Origin: Chiloscyllium plagiosum
Lineage: Eukaryota
Reading direction: 5' to 3'
Length of the DNA stretch: 41,393 nt
Assembly: GCF_004010195.1 (NCBI RefSeq)
Contig: NC_057719.1
Coordinates: 19,100,198-19,141,590, forward strand
Below the pieces are notes generated by a model. It did not search any database. It had not been told where the DNA came from and saw only the letters and a program-made list of their open reading frames with translations. Positions 34,420 through 41,393 of this stretch are shown in pieces; position 1 is the first letter of the stretch, and each line of letters begins with the position of its first letter. A program made the position numbers and the translations under genes.

Positions 34420-35072
34420 AGTGACTTGGTTTTTATTGTCATGCGTACTCAAGTACAGGCATACAGGACTACAATGAAAAGTGTACCAAGTTGCAACTCC
34501 CGGTGTCACCTTGGATTCAAAGGTGCCTAGATACAAAACTTTAGGTATAAAATAGAAAACTAAAGAAGTAAAGCTAAAAGTTCAACATTACAGTCCTTCT
34601 TAAGTGCTTAGCCATTGGTCTGGATTTGGGTACCTCCATGCCAACACAGAGACCAATATCAGCATGCAGCAGTTGACCAGCCCCGAGTCCCTTCACCATG
34701 CCACCCATCACCATCCTGCCTCTACCAGCCACAGTGCCGCCATGAGTCCATACTGGCCTGATCTTGGCAATTCAGCTGCCGCTCAAGCTGCTGGGTCCTG
34801 CACCAGTCACTGGGCCCAAACATGCCTTCCTCTTCCACCACCAGGAACACATTCTCACCTCCCTCCTCTTCTGGTATCACAAACTTGACTCCCTCAGCCA
34901 CCGCCAGGGAGAAACCTGCATCAGAGGCATTGGACACCTTGAAGCTTCCACAGTAAGGTTGAAGCAAGAAAAGAAAAAGCAGGAAAAAAAAGAAAAACAG
35001 TAAAAGCAGATGGCGCAGATGAGTTCTGGGTAGGAACCTGCATGCTGCGCTGCTCGTGTGCTGCCATCACCC
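34420..35072 (-). mobile_element. Probable non-autonomous LINE derivative (ATGGC-type head, GC-rich body, Rex1/L2-like tail)
   Basis: Minus strand starts GATGGCAGC, has a T-rich tract, and ends ACTTTTCATTGTA...CATGACAATAAAAACC with (TCACTAA)-like repeats. No ORF motifs. Confidence 0.45.
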
Positions 35073-35229
35073 AGTTAAAGTTTTACGTTGTAGTCATTGT
35101 TTCATCTTATCTTTACACACCAAGCATGGTGCTAGTTTCATATTCACAGCTTGGACACGCAACCAAACACGCAACCATGATAACCATATCATCCAAACAT
35201 CAGATTTCTTGTCACACAATTACTCTGAC

Positions 35230-35720
35230 TTGCATAAGACCACACTAACAATCCAGCAAGCAGCAAAGATGCCTTCATGTCTTTGGCCCCATGGAAAAAT
35301 GGAATTTATTGATATTGAAGCCAGGGCCAATGGCAGGACTGAAAACTCAGTATGTTCATAGCACACCCTTCTTTTCATACTTTACTTTCATGATTCAATA
35401 TCTGGTGATCTAAAAGACCCAGGTGGTATGTGCATGCTCCTGTTACCTCCCTTCCCTCACCACAACTTTGCCATTGTGCAGCTCCTTTCACATACACAGG
35501 AACAGCCACCAAGACGAGTAATGGTGGAAGTAAAATAGACAGAAGAGCATCATCACTTACTCTAAACCTTGCAGTTACCATCTCAGACACCAACACCTGC
35601 ATATAATTTAGAGAGTAGCTTGGAGCTTGGGTCTGCCAATGGGAACAATATTGGGTGTCACCACTCTGCAGACAGGGCAGCTGTTGCAACACAAGGTGCA
35701 TGTTCAGGGGCTTTGATGGA
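35230..35720 (+). mobile_element. Probable continuation of the Harbinger Myb-like gene remnant
   Basis: LHVFGPMEK and EARANGRTEN remnants resemble the segment after the Myb domain in Harbinger ORF2 proteins. Same strand as 34180-34293. Confidence 0.4.
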
Positions 35721-35737
35721 GCGAGCTACAGACAGAA

Positions 35738-35818
35738 GCTGAAGCAAAAATAGAAAAAGCTGGAAATTCTTCGTAAGCCATGTGGTCTCTGTGAAGAGTA
35801 AGACAGAGTTAATGTTCA
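35738..35818 (-). mobile_element. Degraded Penelope-like family C tail
   Basis: AAAAATAGAAAAAGCTGGAAATTCT...ACAGAGTTAATGTT parallels 3040-3105. Confidence 0.5.
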
Positions 35819-37473
35819 TGCATATCAGCAATATTCAAATGGTCATTCTTGATATAAAATAACCCAAACCCAAATCCCAAATGTTTGTTTTCATCAGGCT
35901 ATGTAGCCATGAGGGAAAGGGTGGGAGGCTTGGAAATACAATTAACTAATTTGCAATTAGTTAAACATAATAGACTTCACTGTAGGAGACACCAAAGTCC
36001 AATTGAGGAATTAATGTTCTAGTTAATTTTTTTATTGCCCCCACATCCTAATCCAGCACTGCTAAACCAGTTGCAGTGTCCTTGGCACCTTTCCATTGAG
36101 AGTCTCAAACAGATTCTGTATTGAAGTGAAAATCCTTCTGGCTTGTTTTTACTTTTGGTTGTACCAATTTCTCAATAAACAAAATTCATCGTAACAATCA
36201 CTGCAAAAAATGCTTCAGCGCATTAACACCAATACAAAAGGTTTGAAGTTAGTTTGCACCCTGACTGTAAAGTCAGCTCTGAAATTGATCATCTATTATA
36301 GGCACCATGGAGGCATTTACTTTGACTTTGGAAATGAAAGACAGACATTTTCTCTAATGACCATCCAGTCGACAACACTACATTCACACCCAGAAGACCA
36401 AGCTGAAAATATCACTGTGTGTTTTGCAATGTAGACACATCTCTTGTAAACAGGGTTAGTGTTCATCTTGCACCCTAACCAGCAGAACTGTTTGCACATT
36501 CCCTATTGCTCCATAGGAAGGATTTGGTTGCTTTTTTTGTATTTGTCACTTAGTGGTTCATTTTTGCTGACTGTCTGTACATGAACAGTATGCACTGTCA
36601 ACAAAAAGGAACTGTTAAGAGTAAGGAAATAGAGTCCTAATCAAACTAATGAAATGATTCTGAAAGTGCTTTGAATTTTTCAATATTTAGCATTGATTAA
36701 TGTTCTTTTAACATAACAAAAGTTATACACATTTCACATTGCATCCTCTATCTTTGAATACTCTCTATACCTTCCTTATTTTGATGTCAAGACCTTTTGG
36801 AAAAAACAGTTGCTATTCTTCCCCTAATTTTCAGATTGTTGGTTGAAAGACTTTTTCTGGCATAGCACTACTCATGCTTGTGAAGTGTTCTCCCTGCATG
36901 GTCTGTAAACTAATTGTGAACAACAGCCCAAAAAGAATCTTTCCTCAGGCTATAGCAGTAAACATGAAATATTTTTCCCTCCAGAAGACTTCCCCAAAAA
37001 GCTAGACACTGAACTATAAACATTATGTCCAGATTCAACTGAAAGTCTATTTTCAGAAGATTAATTTTACATCAGAGAGATGAAACAGAGAAAATAAGGT
37101 GGACCGGTGGTAGTGGAGAGTTGGTGGGAGTGAGCTGACTAAGATGGGATATCTGAGGAGGAGGCAGTCCATATGGGAGATAGAGAAAGACAAGTTGAGG
37201 AATGCTCACTAAGGCATGCTGAAAAAGGATGAGAGATACTGATATATAGAAGGAGAGAGACAATAAGAAACATACAGTTGTGACACAGAGAAAAATCCAA
37301 TGTTATGCCTCACTGAGCAATACACTGGAATTGAATCCTTCCTATTCCTCACAAAGTTAAAGATTTGGACAAAGCACACAGAATTCCCCAGTACATCTGT
37401 CTTTTAAGAACCAGGTTAGCAGAAAGCACACACCAGATTTCTGTACCTAGCAGGAGTTATTATTTACAATAAT

Positions 37474-37563
37474 ACTGATGAAGAGCTTATGCCTGAAACA
37501 TTGATTCTCCTGCTCCTTGGATGCTGTCTGACCGGCTGTGCTTTTCCAGCACCACACTCTTCA
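37474..37563 (+). mobile_element. 90-bp Penelope-like insertion (family B) beginning at the hammerhead core
   Basis: A-CTGATGA-AGAGC-TTAT-GCCT-GAAAC-ATT-GATTCTCCTGCTCC... Perfect 8-bp TSD ACAATAAT (37466-37473, 37564-37571). Confidence 0.8.
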
Positions 37564-37655
37564 ACAATAATTACGAACTGTTGACTAACTCTACTAGTTA
37601 AAACTCTGTCTATGTAAACATACAGATAGACACAGACAAACAAAATAAACATTGG

Positions 37656-38374
37656 TGTTACGGGTGGAATGGAAGGAAAAATTGGGAAGACAGTTTGATG
37701 TTCCATATTCACTGAGATGACACTTGCTTCTCCTCGATCTCTCTTCTCCAGGTACTGTTCACTTACTCGGAAGAGGAAGGGAGTAACTACTTTGTAGCTT
37801 ATAAAGTGTCTGACATTTTGGGTTAAAAGCAACAGCTTACAGCAATTGGTAAGGGAAAAGAAAAGGTTTTAGCTGTTTTGAACTGCAGAGAGAAAGACAC
37901 CCCTCCATTATCAGATGTCCAAAGGTTTTCGGACAGAATGACATTCTGTTCACATCCTCAAGCAACTGGTAACCACTCCACAAACCAATCAGCTGCAAGT
38001 TGCTGATCGAACTTTCCTTTGTACTCTGCTCATCTACCGTAACTTTCTCCCACAACTTAAAAAAAAACAATTGGGCAAGCCACACTTGCAATGAGTATTG
38101 GGAACCTGCCTTTAAAAAGTGTAGCAAACCCTTCCACAATCCTTGGCTTTAAAACAATCCTTTTCCCACATCATACCACACTCAAAAACAGAATTACTGA
38201 AAAAGAAGTCTTCAGATGTTGATAGAAATAGAGTAGACTTGAAAGGGATGATGAGAAAAGGAAAGAAATACAGAAATAGGGATTTCCAGCATTCACAGTT
38301 CTTCTGTTTTGTATTAGGTAATCTCTTAAAATTGGAGATAGTTTTCTGCAACACTATAGCCTGAGAATCTGACA
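37656..38374. mobile_element. Possible LTR fragment
   Basis: Begins TGTTAC, with composition similar to 25528-26478. The right boundary and TSD are not established. Confidence 0.25.
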
Positions 38375-38779
38375 TGAGCCTGTCATTTTAGATTTAATAA
38401 TGAACTATCAATCAGATTTAGTGTGTGAATATTTATTCAATAGTGACCACAATATTTTAAGTGTTGTGTTCGAAAGGGAGAAAAGTGAAATCGATAATCA
38501 AAGACAACATGATTAATTTGGGCTATTGGCAAGAAATGTTACAGAATTGTGGAAGAAGTTCAGTGAGATCTACCTTGATTTTGGGAACAATTTGCTTGCT
38601 GTATCTTTTAATGAAGTTCTGGGTGTTGAGGCGAGTTTCTTACTGTGGAGCAGCAGCTTGCCTACTAAGAGGTTTATTGCTTATTAATGACCTCATTACC
38701 TGCACATTCTACCAACTGCTGTGAGCAAACTAGACCCCGAGAAATCTCGACTTGGAAGTTAGAGTGGACAAATGGTGAC

Positions 38780-39360
38780 TTCAGCTGGATGCTGGCTATG
38801 AGGAGACTCGATTTGGCCAGGATGAAGCTGTACCTCACAATGTTTACTCATCGGCAACAAGCAGCCTTCATCCATGGATATTAGCACCCAATATTTATCA
38901 CCACCTCAGGATCCTAATTGCACCTCAACAATCTATTTGCAGAATGCTTAGGAAGCACAGACCTGCATTACAGGGCACATTGGCAACGAGCACTGAAAGA
39001 CTGCTACAAGCCATTTTGCTCACAGGGATAGGCATTCTGCTCACACCTTGGACCAGGCTGCATTTTAAAGACTGCTTGCTTGCTCTGTTCGTACTTAACA
39101 TCTCTGGGCTCTAAAGGCCATTGCAGCACATAAACCATCCACCACTCTTGTTCATCCCTGTTCATTTGGATGAAGTGCCTGACTGCCGACACCACAGGAT
39201 CCCCTCCTTCCTGGAGCTGACTAGGTGCCTTGTCACTGGCATTCCTCCAAATGCCAGTTCCCCAAGCTGTTTATACTTTGGCCAGTTGAGGAACTGTTGC
39301 AATGAGATGCTCACCAGCCTGCGCTATCAAATGCTCTAAGCATGACATTCTCACAGAGAT
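38780..39360 (-). mobile_element. Highly decayed Harbinger (HARBI1-like) DDE transposase remnant
   Basis: Minus-strand fragments in the expected order: GGMPV, LQ..GD, RVVDGL, VMQVCA, RYS. Many stops and frameshifts. Sits downstream of a Myb-like remnant on the same strand. Confidence 0.5.
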
Positions 39361-39397
39361 ATCATTATCTGAGTTAGTGGGGGTGCAGGAGGCAGCT

Positions 39398-39464
39398 GTA
39401 GAGTCACAGAATCAAACAGCACTGAAACAGACCGTTTGGACCAACTCGTCCATGCTGAGCAGAC
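39398..39464 (-). mobile_element. CR1 tail fragment
   Basis: TAGAGTCACAGA...CAGCACTGAAACAGACCGTTTGGACCAACTCGTCCATGCTGA. Confidence 0.75.
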
Positions 39465-40084
39465 CTTGCCAATGCTTCATCTGAGGCTTCAGTACTCTTC
39501 CTCAGAGTTTGAGGAGTTAGTTTCTAGTGGAGCCAGCAATTTCTGCACTATGGTAGTGGCCAGTGGTTAAGAGTAATGTGCAAACAATGAAACTGACAGT
39601 GTGGTTAATGTGCCAATTGCAGTGGTGCTTATTCATAAGAATGTAAGAATGTAAGAAATACGGCTGGAGGAACATGAATGACTTGGCATCTTGCAAAAGG
39701 CGTCCCAATCTTAGAACCAGGATTCTGACCACAGAGTGGGTGAAAGCACTGATGTATCACATCCAGAGTCTTCCTGACCTTGGTGAACTACCTTCTCCTG
39801 AAATGGGAAAAAGAGATGAATTGAGTTAAAATGAAAGCAGGTGGCACTGTTGGCGCAGATGCTCAAAGGTATTCTAGGCAACTAAATAGACAGTACAGCA
39901 GCCTTGCATGGTTAGTACAGTGGAAGGTTGGCAGGGGAGGAATGGGGAATGAGAGCAAGTGAGGGAAGAAGTTGCAAGATATTGCACTGAGAGTGGCAGA
40001 GCACAAGCCTTGATGGGAGGTGGGTGCAGCAGAATAGATAGTGTGAGGGTGAGGTGATAAACAACAGAATGTAGCACTGACCCT

Positions 40085-40299
40085 GTCAAGATGAGAAGAT
40101 CAATGACCTTCTTGCAGCATTGCTGGACATTCCTGTAGATCATGGAGACCATAGTCGCCCGACTCAAACCAAGCTGTCAGTACCAGGTGGCATGGTCTCA
40201 ACCTCTTGGATAAAGATGTCCTCCTCTGCACCAGGCCATCAAGAAGTCCCTCTAGTCCCTGACAGAGAATCACGGTGCCATTTTCTGCTTCTCCAACAT
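40085..40299 (-). mobile_element. PIF/Harbinger Myb/SANT-like gene remnant
   Basis: Across frameshifts: MLEKQKMAP*FSVRD / LEGLLDGLVQRRTSL...LVLTAWFE / ATMVSMIYRNVQQCCKKVIDLL. TATTTAAA lies about 70 nt upstream. Confidence 0.75.
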
Positions 40300-41052
40300 G
40301 TTCCAATTGTCACAGAGCAGGGCAGCTTCGGAATGTCAGCTCTCATCTGGGTGTACAGCTGCCTTTTAAATACAGAGTAGGTGCCGGGGGTGCTGGTGAG
40401 AAGCATCACTTGGATAGAGGCACCCATTTGGAGAGGTAACATACCCCCTTTGATGTGGTCCTGGGATACTTTTGAGATCTATCACACCCTTTTGAAGGCA
40501 CCTCTTTTGACAGAAGGATTGCCCCAAGAAGAATTCTCAGGATGTTGAAGAACTGTTAAAGGTGTCAAAAGTTGCCAAGATGCCAAAGGAGGAAGGAAAA
40601 AGGCAAAATTGAGCCCCTGGATTGGAATGAATTGGCAATAAAAAGTATAAAAGATCATGGGCATGGAAGACTATGTTAGCATGTGGGTATGAGGGGTCAT
40701 AGAGGAAAGGTTGGAGTTACAGGATGGTTTTGATGGGCTTGGCTGTGGGGAGAAGGATGATATGGAGAGTCCATGAAGAGTGGTTACAGGGGAGTAGGGA
40801 TGAGGTTGAGCAAATGGGCATAGGTTGCAGTATGTAAAAGGGAGATTTGGGAGGTACAGGGCTACGACATAGCACAGGTGGAACTGGATATGCCGTTGGT
40901 AGTCTGCATCGGGCGGGGTGATGGTTGTGATAAATGAGGGCTGCAGGACTGTCAATTCTTTTAATTAATCTAAAAGATAATTTCAAGACAGTCACAGGCA
41001 GGCCATCTGCAACTCACAGCCTCTGCACTCCTCTGTGATTACTCAGACCACC

Positions 41053-41393
41053 TAGAGTCATAGAGTCATAGAGATGTACAGGATGGAAACAGACCCTTCA
41101 GTCCAACCCGTCCATGCTGACCAGATATCCCAATCCAATCTAGTCCCACCTGCCAGCACCCGGCCCATATCCCTCCAAACCCTTCCTATTCATATACCCA
41201 TCCAAATGCCCCTTAAATGTTGCAATTGTACCAGCCTCCACCACATCCTCTGGCAGGTCGTTCCATACACATACCACCCTCTGCATGAAAAACTTGCCCC
41301 TTAGATCTCTTTTATATCTTTCCCCTCTCACTCTAAACCTATGCCCTCGAGTTCTGGACTCCCTGACCCCAGGGAAAAGACTTTGTCTATTTA
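41053..41393 (-). mobile_element. CR1/HER1 3' end, truncated by the window
   Basis: RGERYKRDLRGKFFMQRVVCVWNDLPEDVVEAGTIATFKGHLDGYMNRKGLEGYG. Highly similar to 32417-32790. Confidence 0.95.

Noticed and set aside
35561..35596. 36-nt minus-strand micro-exon (AG..GTAAGT; VLVSEMVTARFR)
   Set aside because: It lies in a probable Harbinger remnant, the peptide is unrecognised, and it has no partner exons.
1..41393. CRISPR array, prokaryotic operon or intact host CDS
   Set aside because: There is no regularly spaced repeat-spacer pattern and no long intact ORF. The sequence is vertebrate repeat-rich DNA.

Overview
This is a repeat-dense, essentially non-coding window from a vertebrate genome. The repeat inventory (HE1-type V-SINEs with (TAATC)n tails, HER1/CR1 LINEs, Tx1-like, RTE, Penelope, Gypsy and PIF/Harbinger fossils) points to a cartilaginous fish, probably a shark (inference). 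No intact host protein-coding gene can be supported, and most ORF-track entries are TE fragments or antisense/spurious frames. Three observations stand out. (1) A decayed single-ORF EN+RT LINE (22942-26921, minus strand) starts with a tRNA-like SINE head, and a SINE at 13525-14200 looks like its internally deleted head+tail derivative. (2) Seven short Penelope-type insertions from three families carry minimal type I hammerhead ribozyme motifs. Several form long inverted-repeat hairpins, and five of the seven break almost exactly at the 5' base of the ribozyme. (3) There are several mechanistically informative junctions: a solo LTR nested in the LINE, a CR1 template-jump chimera, templated inverted insertions and a local duplication. 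A CR1 strand bias plus weak plus-strand exon/CNE candidates suggests the window may be intronic to a plus-strand gene. All family calls come from motif recognition, without database searches, and many boundaries are approximate.
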